A stretch of 64,000 bases of DNA, taken from positions 32,001-96,000 of the forward strand of contig CAYPFW010000003.1 in the NCBI GenBank assembly GCA_964410585.1. The letters are read 5' to 3'. Shown piece by piece: positions 9,430 through 19,148 of this stretch (positions are counted from its first letter, which is position 1; each line of letters opens with the position of its first letter). Position numbers and translations under genes: made by a program. The notes beneath the pieces were generated by a model. That model did not search any database. It was not told the origin of the DNA and saw only the letters and a program-made list of their open reading frames with translations. Source of the stretch: an uncultured archaeon. Lineage in GTDB: Archaea > Aenigmatarchaeota > Aenigmatarchaeia > QMZP01 > JACQNV01.

Positions 9430-10473
9430 TTACCTTCTAAACCTATAAGCTCCATTTAACAATTCCTCAGCCTTTAATCCCCAACCAATACCTTCTCTTT
9501 TTGTGTAGCGTGTTAGGAGTGAAGCTGCACACGGTGGCAAGATACTTCCAACATTACCCAAAGATGTAACAGCAGGCTTTTCTGGGTTTGCTTTGGTTGG
9601 ATCATAGTTTCTGTGTCTTATAGTTTCTAAAACACTCTGAGGATCATCTCTTTGTGCTAATAAATACTCATGTTCCCTCTGGTCAATTGATCTTTCCCAA
9701 ACTTCAAGCAATTCTGCAAAAGAAAGCTTTGTTCTTGATCCAAAAACATAGAGCGAGTTCCTTCCAATTGTCTTGTCAGATACTCTGCCCTCAAGCTCTG
9801 CAATAGTTATATCTTCTCTTGACAACCCAGTTTCTTCAAAAATTTCTGCATAAAGGGTTTCAAACAAAGGATTTCGACCTGACTGATATTCTAAAGCTCC
9901 TGCTGGAACAGTCATTATTGTGTGTGAATATGTATGCCCACCTCTTAAACCAAGAACTACTAAACCGTCATTTGTTATCAAAACATTACTAATGGAAGCA
10001 GAATCCTGAGAAATTTTAGGTAATTTACCAGCTCGCATTAATTGAGTAACATAAGAATGAGACATTTTAACATCTATTTCTAATCCAGTTCTGGGATCAT
10101 ACCTATCCCGTTCACGGAAAAGGAGAGCAGCATTCCACCACGGTATTTGAATAGAATTTAATTGATCACTCAATTCGAGTGTTTTAAGCTCAGGAGCTAA
10201 AACATCAACAACTTCCCTAAAACACCCAATCCATTCGGCATCTGATTTTATTTCTTGTCTCAATCTTTCTGCTTGTTCTAATGTAAGATTTATTGGTCTT
10301 GCTTCAGCTAATCCTAAACTTTCCCTTTTCTTATCTATTATAGCACATATACGATCTTTTACTTGACCAATCCTTGCCGATTCTTCTGGTCCTGCTGAAT
10401 AGTGCATCCTAATCGGAGATTCTTCTGTCAAAGGCTCTTCATAAACTTCTTCAATTTGAGCTAAAGGTTCCAT
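9430..10473 (-). CDS. Nudix-fold hydrolase, NUDT22/NUDX9-like, with N-terminal extension
   Basis: SISNVLITNDGLVVLGLRG...VPAG...AEIFEETGL Nudix-box-like segment. Confidence 0.65.
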   Translation of the reverse strand: MEPLAQIEEVYEEPLTEESPIRMHYSAGPEESARIGQVKDRICAIIDKKRESLGLAEARPINLTLEQAERLRQEIKSDAEWIGCFREVVDVLAPELKTLELSDQLNSIQIPWWNAALLFRERDRYDPRTGLEIDVKMSHSYVTQLMRAGKLPKISQDSASISNVLITNDGLVVLGLRGGHTYSHTIMTVPAGALEYQSGRNPLFETLYAEIFEETGLSREDITIAELEGRVSDKTIGRNSLYVFGSRTKLSFAELLEVWERSIDQREHEYLLAQRDDPQSVLETIRHRNYDPTKANPEKPAVTSLGNVGSILPPCAASLLTRYTKREGIGWGLKAEELLNGAYRFRR

Positions 10474-10476
10474 AAA

Positions 10477-11295
10477 CTATTCACCAACCAATTCCAAAAT
10501 TCTCCTTCCAAGTTTTTCAGTTGCAGCTGATATTACAGGTTCTTTAGAATTAAAATCATAAGTCTTGTGATCGTATGGGTTCCCATCTAAATCAGCAAAC
10601 CAACCACCACCTTCCTTAACAAGCAAGTATCCTGACCCCGTTTCATGTGCTTTATTTTTTAGGTTCACAAAAGCATCAAACATTCCAGATGCAACACCAG
10701 CAAAATGAAAACCAGCTGCTCCAAAATCTTTAACCCATGCATGCGGATAAAGTTTAGAAAATCTAGAAGGATCTTCGCTTCCGTAATGATCCAAACAAAC
10801 TAAAGTTTTTCTGTCTAAGACTTCTCTCCCAGATGTGTGTGCAGGTTTTTCAACCCCGTTTTCAATATACACAAGCCCTTTGCCTCTTTCTGCAAACCAA
10901 ACATTTCCGTCTCTAACATCTATAATTCCAGCAGCTAAAGCGTCCCTATATCTTGGTTTTAGCGAATCAAAAATTGTAATAATAGAAACAACTGGAAGCT
11001 TTCCTCTTCCCCTTTTGTGATTATCTGTTCCGTCCAAATCATCGAAAGCGATTGTATATTTTGGGCTTGCTGTAAGATGTATAGGTCCTCTTTCTTTGAT
11101 CATTTCTTCGTCCAGGAAAATCCCGGGGATATTTTGTCTTTTCAAGTATGCTAAAACAGCTTCTGAAACAGCTAAATCAGATCTTGTCGAAATATCAACC
11201 ACACCAGGACCATACACTTCTTGTCTACCAGCTTCACCTAGGTTTCCCTCGGTTTCTCTTGCTAACCGAAGGATATCTAAAACTAGTTGCTTCAT
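10477..11295 (-). CDS. Inositol monophosphatase/FBPase-family phosphatase (variant motifs)
   Basis: DEE, FDDLDGT (canonical DPLDGT), AERGKG, GAAG..FAGVASG.FDAF, AHETGSG (canonical WD.AAG). Confidence 0.85.
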   Translation of the reverse strand: MKQLVLDILRLARETEGNLGEAGRQEVYGPGVVDISTRSDLAVSEAVLAYLKRQNIPGIFLDEEMIKERGPIHLTASPKYTIAFDDLDGTDNHKRGRGKLPVVSIITIFDSLKPRYRDALAAGIIDVRDGNVWFAERGKGLVYIENGVEKPAHTSGREVLDRKTLVCLDHYGSEDPSRFSKLYPHAWVKDFGAAGFHFAGVASGMFDAFVNLKNKAHETGSGYLLVKEGGGWFADLDGNPYDHKTYDFNSKEPVISAATEKLGRRILELVGE

Positions 11296-12233
11296 ACTCT
11301 TTTCCTTCCTTCAAAAACCGCACTGTCAGATGCTTGTGTAAGCCATGGATTATTATCTGCTCTTAGAACAGGTTCTAAATATTGTCTTCTTTCTTCAAAA
11401 GATAAATCCGGATTGGTGTCTAATTTTACAACTACAATCGGTTTGAAGGTTCCACCTTCTACCTCTATTTTAGAATCAGTATCTGTGCTGGAAATAATAG
11501 AGCTTTGCCCCGTTGAAAGAACAATCACACCTCTGACAAAATACATACCTGATGGGGTTTCCAAATCAGCTAATTTATAATCATCACCCCACCCAAATCT
11601 ATTATGTCGCCCATTTCTTAAATCACACACTGGTGTCACTATTTGAGTAGATTCAGTTGACATATCATTTAATCTGTTTTCAACAGCTTTCCTAAAATTC
11701 TCTCCAGAAGATATCTCCAAAATGTCCCTAAGTTCATCCTCTGATATTTGTGTTCTAAATATTGAAGTTAAATCACAATAGTTCTTAGGAAGTTTTGGGT
11801 TTCCTACAGCTTCTGCGGGCAGCAGTGTGAAAAAATCAGCAACAGGCTCTACAACCCTTCTCAAAGCCTGTTTTAATCTTCTATCAACAGCTTCTGCCTT
11901 TTCTCCTTTCAGTCCTTTTATATGGCTTCCTGATCTTAGTTCCTCATCTAATTCTTTCAAATAAACATCTCTAGGACTAGCTGGTATTGGTTTACCCTCT
12001 TCCCTTCTCCAATTTCCGCCTCTAAAAACAAGCTTATCTCTTATTCCAATATTAGGATAACCAGAATCTTTTCTATCTGTCCAAAAGTACCTAATTTCCC
12101 CCTTTGAATCTACTATGGACACGGGTCCTTTTGCAGCATATGTGTTAACAAATCTTCCATCAGGAAATTCTTCTCTTAACCTAGAGACATTTACTCCTTC
12201 ATTTTCAAGTTTAGCAACCAAATTGTAATTCAT
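11292..12233 (-). CDS. Divergent Nudix-fold protein
   Basis: RKDSGYP...FRGGNW...SPRDVYLKELDEEL resembles a Nudix box; ATGA overlap with the IMPase gene. Confidence 0.5.
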   Translation of the reverse strand: MNYNLVAKLENEGVNVSRLREEFPDGRFVNTYAAKGPVSIVDSKGEIRYFWTDRKDSGYPNIGIRDKLVFRGGNWRREEGKPIPASPRDVYLKELDEELRSGSHIKGLKGEKAEAVDRRLKQALRRVVEPVADFFTLLPAEAVGNPKLPKNYCDLTSIFRTQISEDELRDILEISSGENFRKAVENRLNDMSTESTQIVTPVCDLRNGRHNRFGWGDDYKLADLETPSGMYFVRGVIVLSTGQSSIISSTDTDSKIEVEGGTFKPIVVVKLDTNPDLSFEERRQYLEPVLRADNNPWLTQASDSAVFEGRKRV

Positions 12234-12338
12234 AAAAATAAAGTATTAGGGGGATTTATAAATCTTTTTCTTATTACCATTATTTAGTACTAACTAAATC
12301 TTGGTTTTAAGATTAATATAGGCTTACTCAATTAAGTT

Positions 12339-13094
12339 ATGAAAATTTCTGTTCTAATCCCAGTCTACAACTATGAGGAAACACTGGAAAGTACAATAAA
12401 TACATTAAGTTCTAAAAAAAACATTTTTGAAATTTTGCTTGTTTGGGATGTGACCAAATCAGAATTAAGGGGCAAAATAGATAAACTTGCAGAAAAGCTA
12501 ATCAAAAAATACAAAATAAGGATAATTTTCAGACACAATCAAAAAGGATTTGGCTCAGCTCTCCGTTTAGGTTTCCAAAATGTAAAAGGAGATGCTGTTG
12601 TTGTAATGATGGCTGACCTATGTGATGACCCCAAAACAATCGATTTGATGGAAAAAGAAATACAAAAAGGATATGATATAGTTTCTGGTTGCAGATATTG
12701 TAAGGGTGGAGGTATAGTTGGGAACACATTTAAACAAAAAGTTTCATCTACTGTCTCTTTACTTATCAATATTTTCAGTAGAAACAGGTGTAGGGATTTA
12801 ACAAATGCATTTAAAATGTATAGAACTCAAGTTTTAAAAGAAGTAGAAACAAAGGCCAATTTTTTTGATATCTCAATAGAACTTCCTTTGAAAGCCTTAC
12901 GGAAAGGCTTTAAAATTTCCCAAGTTCCTACTGTTTGGAAAAATAGGAATTTTGGAAAATCAAACTTTAACTTTGGTGGAGAAAGTAAAAGATATATAAA
13001 GTGGTTTTTGTACGCAGTTGCGACGAAGCCATCATTTGTTACAATAGCAACTATAATAATTTTGATAGCTAGTATTGCTAAATTACTTTTATAG
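12339..13094 (+). CDS. GT2 glycosyltransferase, polyprenol-phosphate sugar synthase (DPM1-like)
   Basis: SVLIPVYN, GFGSALRLG, MADLCDDP, GCRY, DLTNAFKMY; C-terminal hydrophobic tail. Confidence 0.85.
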   Translation: MKISVLIPVYNYEETLESTINTLSSKKNIFEILLVWDVTKSELRGKIDKLAEKLIKKYKIRIIFRHNQKGFGSALRLGFQNVKGDAVVVMMADLCDDPKTIDLMEKEIQKGYDIVSGCRYCKGGGIVGNTFKQKVSSTVSLLINIFSRNRCRDLTNAFKMYRTQVLKEVETKANFFDISIELPLKALRKGFKISQVPTVWKNRNFGKSNFNFGGESKRYIKWFLYAVATKPSFVTIATIIILIASIAKLLL

Positions 13095-13583
13095 ACTCAA
13101 TCTTTTGTTAAATTTTTTAACCTGTTTAATTGTTTTTTGAATTTCTATTTTGTGATCATACGCCAATTTAGGAAGATTATTAATAGAGAACCATTTAAAA
13201 CCAGTAAACTCCTCTCCTTCTTTTCTTACTTTTCCTGAAACTATTTTTACAGGGTAAACATGAGAACAGGAGTGTTTTGTTTTATCTTGTAATGGATTGT
13301 CATCAATCCATGATGGGAAATTTGGAGAAAATGGATGAATAATTTCAACTTGAACGCCAAGATCTTTTGCTTGTCTCTTTATAGTATCTGAAAGTTTTTC
13401 ATTTATCCACTGCCGGCCACCGATTATACACCACTCACCTTTTGCATATCCTGTTTTTCTTATCAACAACAAGGTTTCCAGAACAGTTTTCCTTTTTCTC
13501 AAAACTACAAGATCTACAGTTGGGATCGGTGTTTTACTGGTTACTAGCTTGTACTCAGAATCAGACATCCAAAAACTTCTCAT
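13089..13583 (-). CDS. Nudix hydrolase, GDP-mannose mannosyl hydrolase/DUF4916-like
   Basis: PIPTVDLVV, LLIRKTGYAKGEWCIIGGR...E, KWF...LP.LAYDH. Confidence 0.7.
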   Translation of the reverse strand: MRSFWMSDSEYKLVTSKTPIPTVDLVVLRKRKTVLETLLLIRKTGYAKGEWCIIGGRQWINEKLSDTIKRQAKDLGVQVEIIHPFSPNFPSWIDDNPLQDKTKHSCSHVYPVKIVSGKVRKEGEEFTGFKWFSINNLPKLAYDHKIEIQKTIKQVKKFNKRLSL

Positions 13584-13586
13584 ATA

Positions 13587-14555
13587 CTATAATTTCAAAT
13601 TTTTCTGAAGCCAATCAATAGTTATTTTTAGTCCTTCATCTAAACTTGTTTTTGGTTTCCATCCTAGGGATTTTATTTTTTTGACTTCAGGTACCCTTTT
13701 TTTAACATCATATTCAAAAGACGGAACGTTCCTGAATTTTATATCTTTTTTAATCCCAACTAGCTTCCATATTATTTCAGCAAGCTCCTTGACACTTGTT
13801 TCTACACCTGTTCCTATATTGAAATCATCGTTTTCTGATTTTTCTGCAACAAAAATAATCGCATCGGCCAAGTCATCAACATATGTATAACTTCTTGTTT
13901 GACTACCATCTCCTAAAATTTCTAATGGATATTGACCACTTAAAATTTTTTTAACCAAATCGGGTATTATATGGGAATAACCAACATAATCTCCTGGTGT
14001 TTCGCCAGGACCATATGCATTGAAAGGTCTAGCAATTACGTAAGGAACTTTAAATTCATCGAAATAGGTTTTTGCTATATACTCAGCAGCCAATTTAGAA
14101 AAACCATAACCAGTTAACGGAGGTGGAGAAATTTCGACAGCTTTTTCAGGTGTTGGGAATATTTCAGTTCTTTCGAAAACCATTGAAGATGATAAACAAA
14201 TCATTTTAGGCTTGGATTTTTTTGCAGCATCCCATAGGTTAAGATTTAATATAGAATTATTTCTCACGCTAGTTGCTGGGTATTTATGGAAATAACCAAT
14301 TCCACCTATAACAGCAGCAAAGTGGAAACAGACATCAATATTTTTAAGTGACTTTTCTGCATTTTCTTGTTTTAATAAATCCAGTTTCAAAAACTCAATT
14401 TCATTTACAATATCAGAAAGATTAGAAGCCTCTCCCTTTGAAAGGTTGTCTACAACCCTAACATTTGCTCCGCTATTAACTAGCTTATTTACAACCCTAG
14501 AACCAATGAAACCAGCTCCCCCAGTTACTAGTACATTTTTTCCTTTCCAAAACAT
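13587..14555 (-). CDS. NAD-dependent NDP-sugar epimerase/dehydratase (extended SDR)
   Basis: TGGAGFIG, YGFSK, RPFNAYGPG, GDGSQTRS. Confidence 0.9.
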   Translation of the reverse strand: MFWKGKNVLVTGGAGFIGSRVVNKLVNSGANVRVVDNLSKGEASNLSDIVNEIEFLKLDLLKQENAEKSLKNIDVCFHFAAVIGGIGYFHKYPATSVRNNSILNLNLWDAAKKSKPKMICLSSSMVFERTEIFPTPEKAVEISPPPLTGYGFSKLAAEYIAKTYFDEFKVPYVIARPFNAYGPGETPGDYVGYSHIIPDLVKKILSGQYPLEILGDGSQTRSYTYVDDLADAIIFVAEKSENDDFNIGTGVETSVKELAEIIWKLVGIKKDIKFRNVPSFEYDVKKRVPEVKKIKSLGWKPKTSLDEGLKITIDWLQKNLKL

Positions 14556-14607
14556 ATGATCTTAATATTAACTAACAAACTCCTGAATATAAGATAATTA
14601 TTTAGAG

Positions 14608-15915
14608 TTATTGTTCACCGCTTCCAAACCTTAAATAATCAAAACCGAAGCTCTTGGCCTCTGTTTTATCTAAAAATCCCCAGCAATCAACAAGTATACA
14701 ATTCTCTTTATGCTTTTTTAGCTTTGCTATTGCTTTGTAAACGTCCTTGAAGTTATCATGATTTGTTGCTAATACAATTGCATCAGAATTTTCTACAACG
14801 TCTTCCAACTTTTTAGTATTTGGTATTAATGGATCATGAACAGCAACATCAGCATTATATCCTTTTAATATTTCTACAAGTCTAGCAGATGGGGAGTATT
14901 TAGTATTATCACTATTTGCTTTAAAGCCTAGACCTAATACAGCTATTTTTGAGTTATTTAGATCTTTTCCATAGGATTTTAATCTTGATCTAAGCCTGTT
15001 TACTATGTGTTGAGGTATTGATTCATTTAACCTCCACGCTATTTGAATAAAATCAGGAAAAGACAAATTATTCGTTAAGTAATATCCATCCTTACTTAAA
15101 CATGGCCCACCTGTCATCCCAGGAACAGGTATACCACCTCTTTTATAGCCGGAATTTGCTATTTTAATTATTTCGTGTCCGTCCTCGCCATATGATTCTG
15201 CCAATAAACCAAATTCATTAGCCAGGGCAAAATTGATATATCTATAGACATTTGCAAAAAGCTTCCCAAGTTCTGCTCCTTTCGGGGTTGTTGTTAATAT
15301 TAGCTTATCTTTATTTATTTTTTTGAAAACCTCTCCTGCTATTTGCTCAGAAGATTTATCTAACGATCCAACTATTTCTGGAAGTTCTCTTATTTCATCT
15401 ATAGAGTGCCCCTCAACTATCCTTTCTGGACAAACAGCCAAACCAAAATCTTTTCCCAATTTTAAACCAGTTTTCTTTTCTATGAAAGGCTTTATAACAT
15501 CTTCTAATGTACCCGGAGAAGCTGTTGATCTCATTATTATCATTTTACTTTTAAGATCTGCTTTTACAAGATTCTCCAAAGTAGAGTTTAGTTGGGTATA
15601 GTCAGGTCTCATGTGCTCGCCTATTGGTGTACCAACTGTGAGAATAATGACATCACTTTTTTTAATTGCGTCTAAACTGTTTGTTGTAGCTGAGAAATTA
15701 TTTGTTTTTATATATTCGTCTATATGGTTTTCGTTGAATGGTGGAACCTTTCTATTTATACTGTCAACATAACTTGGGTTTACATCTATTCCAATAACAT
15801 TTACACCAGAATTAGCAAAGACAAGACCGAGTGGAAGTCCAACCCTACCGATTCCAATTATCCCTATAGTAAACTTTCCGGCTTTAATTTTTTGTAAAAG
15901 ATTCTCTAGAACCAT
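14608..15915 (-). CDS. Nucleotide-sugar (UDP-HexNAc, WecC/WbpA-like) 6-dehydrogenase
   Basis: GIGRVGLP, TVGTP, CPERI.EG, KLFAN.YR..N.ALANE, GGPCL.KD; GGTGA SD before ATG 15915. Confidence 0.9.
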   Translation of the reverse strand: MVLENLLQKIKAGKFTIGIIGIGRVGLPLGLVFANSGVNVIGIDVNPSYVDSINRKVPPFNENHIDEYIKTNNFSATTNSLDAIKKSDVIILTVGTPIGEHMRPDYTQLNSTLENLVKADLKSKMIIMRSTASPGTLEDVIKPFIEKKTGLKLGKDFGLAVCPERIVEGHSIDEIRELPEIVGSLDKSSEQIAGEVFKKINKDKLILTTTPKGAELGKLFANVYRYINFALANEFGLLAESYGEDGHEIIKIANSGYKRGGIPVPGMTGGPCLSKDGYYLTNNLSFPDFIQIAWRLNESIPQHIVNRLRSRLKSYGKDLNNSKIAVLGLGFKANSDNTKYSPSARLVEILKGYNADVAVHDPLIPNTKKLEDVVENSDAIVLATNHDNFKDVYKAIAKLKKHKENCILVDCWGFLDKTEAKSFGFDYLRFGSGEQ

Positions 15916-16015
15916 ATCACCTTTTTTATTCTTAGTATAAATACTTACTCCCACGATACACTCAACCAGTTGGAACTCAGGTATTATTTTAAAAACACGT
16001 GGTCTTATATTAAAA

Positions 16016-17302
16016 ATGAAAGTTTCTATCATCGGTTCAGGCTATGTAGGCCTAACTCAAGGCATAGGGTTAGCCAAGCTTGGTCACAAAGTCATTTGCC
16101 GGGATGTAATAAAAGAAAAGGTTGAAAAAATTAATTCTGGAAACCCCGGAATCTATGAACCAAAGATGGAAGAATATCTAAAAGAAGTTTTGGGGAAAAA
16201 TTTCGAAGCTACTTTAGATTTAGATTACGCAATTAAAAATTCCGATATAAGTTTCCTTTGTGTACCTACACCATCAAGCGATGATGGATCAATGGAAACT
16301 AAATATATAGAAAAAGCCTCTCAAGAAATTGGTCAATTATTGAAAGAAAAAAACTACCATGTTATTGTTGTTAAGTCAACTGTTATTCCCGGAACAACAG
16401 AGGAAATAGTAATTAAAGCTTTGGAAAAATATTCTGGAAAAAAAGTTGGGAAAGATTTTGGCGTTTGTATGAATCCAGAATTTTTAAGAGAAGGTAAAGC
16501 ATTAGAAGATTTTTTCAATCCAGATCGAATTGTAATTGGAGAATTTGATAAAAAATCTGGTGATACTCTAAAGGAACTGTACAAAAACTATAAATGTCCT
16601 GTTTTGAGGACCAACCTAAAAACAGCTGAGATGATAAAATATGTTTCAAATGCATTTCTTGCAACAAAAATTTCTTTTTCTAATGAAATAGGAAACATAT
16701 GTAAGAGTTTGGGTATAGATGTTTACGATGTCATGAAAGGTGTTGGATTAGACAATAGGATAGGTCCCAAATTTTTGGATGCCGGTTTAGGTTTTGGAGG
16801 AAGTTGTTTCCCAAAAGATGTTTCTGCACTAAAGGCAAAAGGGCATAAACTAAATTGTGAAACAAAAATTTTGGACTCAATATTAGATGTAAACAAAAAA
16901 CAAAGGTTTAAAATTATCGATTTATTAGAAAAAGAGTTAGGAAACTTAAAAGGAAAAACCATTTCAATTCTTGGGCTAGCTTTCAAACCAGATACAGACG
17001 ATATAAGAGAAGCGCCTTCTGTTGATATAATAAAAGTTTTACAGGAAAGGGGTGCGAAAATACATGTCTATGATCCGCGGGCGATTGAAAACATGAAAAG
17101 AATTTATTCAAATATAAAATATTTTAATTCGCCCCAGGAAGCATTAGGACAATCAGACGCTTGCCTTTTATTAACAGAATGGGAAGAATTCAAAAAATTA
17201 ACAAACCAAGATTTCGCCAAAATGAGGAATAAGTTAATAATAGAAGGAAGAAAGATTTTAGATAAAAGCAAAGTTTCGAACTTTGAGGGAGTTTGTTGGT
17301 AG
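16016..17302 (+). CDS. ugd: UDP-glucose 6-dehydrogenase
   Basis: GSGYVGL, NPEFLREG, KY.SNAFLA.KISF.NE, GFGGSCFPKD, AFKPDTDD.RE. Confidence 0.95.
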   Translation: MKVSIIGSGYVGLTQGIGLAKLGHKVICRDVIKEKVEKINSGNPGIYEPKMEEYLKEVLGKNFEATLDLDYAIKNSDISFLCVPTPSSDDGSMETKYIEKASQEIGQLLKEKNYHVIVVKSTVIPGTTEEIVIKALEKYSGKKVGKDFGVCMNPEFLREGKALEDFFNPDRIVIGEFDKKSGDTLKELYKNYKCPVLRTNLKTAEMIKYVSNAFLATKISFSNEIGNICKSLGIDVYDVMKGVGLDNRIGPKFLDAGLGFGGSCFPKDVSALKAKGHKLNCETKILDSILDVNKKQRFKIIDLLEKELGNLKGKTISILGLAFKPDTDDIREAPSVDIIKVLQERGAKIHVYDPRAIENMKRIYSNIKYFNSPQEALGQSDACLLLTEWEEFKKLTNQDFAKMRNKLIIEGRKILDKSKVSNFEGVCW

Positions 17303-17310
17303 GCTATCTT

Positions 17311-17496
17311 TTCTTTTCAGAAAAGAATCTGCATCTCCAATAAAATTGTTGCAGAGATGTCGTGTGCTTGCACACGAGCTGTGAGCACATCTTGTGTTCA
17401 CTGATGCTCACACAATCTCGTGTCCTACGCACTCTGCGAGACACGAAAGTATACCGTACCCAAAAGAAAACGATATACAGAGGTATGGTACCCAAA
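17311..17496. repeat. Structured GC-rich intergenic element, copy B
   Basis: Chain of hairpins (tcgtgtg-cttg-cacacga, tgtgagca/tgctcaca, tcgtgtc/gacacga, taccgtacc/ggtatggta); shares exact blocks with 3369-3545. Confidence 0.65.
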
Positions 17497-17513
17497 GAAA
17501 CTAATTTACAAAT

Positions 17514-18275
17514 ATGTCAAATCAAAAAATAACAAAAGCTGTTATCCCAGCCGCAGGAAAAGGAACACGATTGGAACCATTAACTTTAGCCATCCCTAAA
17601 GAAATGATTCGCGTAGGCCGAAAGCCTGTTATACATCATGTTATTGATGTTTTAAAAGCAGGTGGATTAAGTGAGATACTCATTATCACTGGTTGGAAAA
17701 AAGGAGCAATACATGATTACATAGGATCTGGACAAAGACTTGGGGTAGACGCATACTATAAAATTCAAGACGAACAATTGGGTCTTGGTCATGCTGTTTT
17801 ATTGGCTAAAAGCTGGGTCAAAAACGAGGATTTTGTTGTGATTTATGGTGACAATTATATCAAACCAGACTCAATAATGGAGCAAATTATTGATTTGCAT
17901 CAAAGGAAAAAATCTTATGCTACAATTGTTGTTCATCCTGTCGATGATCCATCTAGATTTGGATTAGTAAAGGCTGATAAAGATGGAAAGATCTTAGGCA
18001 TGATTGAAAAACCATCAAAAGAAGAGGCCGAGAAATATAAAACAGGAAACGAGTTCCTAAGCATATCTGGAATAGTTGTTCTAAGCCCTAAAATTTTTGA
18101 ATATATAGAAAAAACAAAACCAGGTAAGAAAAATGAGGTACAACTTACAGATGCTCTTGAATTGATGAGGCAGGCTAACCTTCCTATGTATGTTTATGTT
18201 TTCAAGGGAAAAAGGTTTGATATAGGCACGTGGGAGAGCTTAGAGGAAGTTGATAAACTAAATTTAACAGAATAG
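17514..18275 (+). CDS. Sugar-1-phosphate nucleotidyltransferase (GalU/RmlA/AglF-like)
   Basis: KAVIPAAGKGTRL.P.T...PKEM, Q.EQLGLGHAV, YGDN, EKP, EVQLTDAL, DIGT. Confidence 0.93.
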   Translation: MSNQKITKAVIPAAGKGTRLEPLTLAIPKEMIRVGRKPVIHHVIDVLKAGGLSEILIITGWKKGAIHDYIGSGQRLGVDAYYKIQDEQLGLGHAVLLAKSWVKNEDFVVIYGDNYIKPDSIMEQIIDLHQRKKSYATIVVHPVDDPSRFGLVKADKDGKILGMIEKPSKEEAEKYKTGNEFLSISGIVVLSPKIFEYIEKTKPGKKNEVQLTDALELMRQANLPMYVYVFKGKRFDIGTWESLEEVDKLNLTE

Positions 18276-18276
18276 A

Positions 18277-18933
18277 CTAAACACCCAATCTAAGGCTTAC
18301 TATCAGCAACAAAATATTTAATACCTCTTTTATCCCAGATACATTTATACCAACCTTTGATTTTCCAGCCTTTCTTTTCTCAAAAACAATTGGGGCCTCT
18401 CCTACTTTATAGCCCTTCTTTTGGGCTTTATAGATAAGTTCTAAGTTGATTTTATAGCCTCTTGGATTTAGAGAAACTTTGTTAAAAACATCCTTCTTTG
18501 AAGTAGAAAAGCCCGACATGTTATCTTCTATCTTTAGACCCAATATCCAAGATGTCATCTTTCTAAAAAACCAACTTACAATCTTTCTGTGAGTAGTATC
18601 CTTTGTTTTACCATTTATAATAAACCTCGATCCTATCACAATATCAAACCTATCTAATTTCGATACTAGTTTGTTTATATCCTCAGGCCTATGAGACCCA
18701 TCACCATCCATTATTACTATGATATCTCCTTTTGAGGCACTGATACCCTCTACGACAGCATTCCCAAGCCCATTTGATGTCTGTTTCAATACTTTGGCAT
18801 CTTCTAAAAAGAGGGGATTATCGCTTTTATCAACAATTATTATTTCTTTCCTTTCCTTGATATTTTTGTGTATCCTTCTTACTAGAACATTAATATAGGG
18901 CTCATTTTTTGTTGGTATAATAATTGAAATCAT
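18277..18933 (-). CDS. GT2 polyprenol-phosphate sugar synthase (DPM1-like)
   Basis: SIIIPTKNE, MDGDGSHRP, VIGSRF, DNMSGF, PIVFEKR..GKSK. Confidence 0.88.
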   Translation of the reverse strand: MISIIIPTKNEPYINVLVRRIHKNIKERKEIIIVDKSDNPLFLEDAKVLKQTSNGLGNAVVEGISASKGDIIVIMDGDGSHRPEDINKLVSKLDRFDIVIGSRFIINGKTKDTTHRKIVSWFFRKMTSWILGLKIEDNMSGFSTSKKDVFNKVSLNPRGYKINLELIYKAQKKGYKVGEAPIVFEKRKAGKSKVGINVSGIKEVLNILLLIVSLRLGV

Positions 18934-18936
18934 AAA

Positions 18937-19053
18937 TTACCTGGAGTAGATTAGAAACTGTTTACTAATATTCTGTAGCTCTCTCTTTAAATTCCTGGTT
19001 ATTAATCGGTTCAACTGATAAACAGGATTTTTAAATTTTGATGAAATTTTCAT
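18937..19053 (-). CDS. Small 38-aa ORF or gene remnant
   Basis: MKISSKFKNPVYQLNRLITRNLKRELQNISKQFLIYSR*, stop 3 nt before the next ATG; read manually. Confidence 0.3.
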   Translation of the reverse strand: MKISSKFKNPVYQLNRLITRNLKRELQNISKQFLIYSR

Positions 19054-19148
19054 ATGTAAAATATATGTTCATCAAGCACTTATACAGTAAATAGTAAAGA
19101 ATTGAAAAACAAAATACAAAATTGTTCAAAAAAAGAAAAACTAAAAAA

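Noticed and set aside
17304-17495. 63-aa minus-strand ORF over element B
   Set aside because: Non-ATG start, no protein features; better explained by the GC-rich palindromic element.
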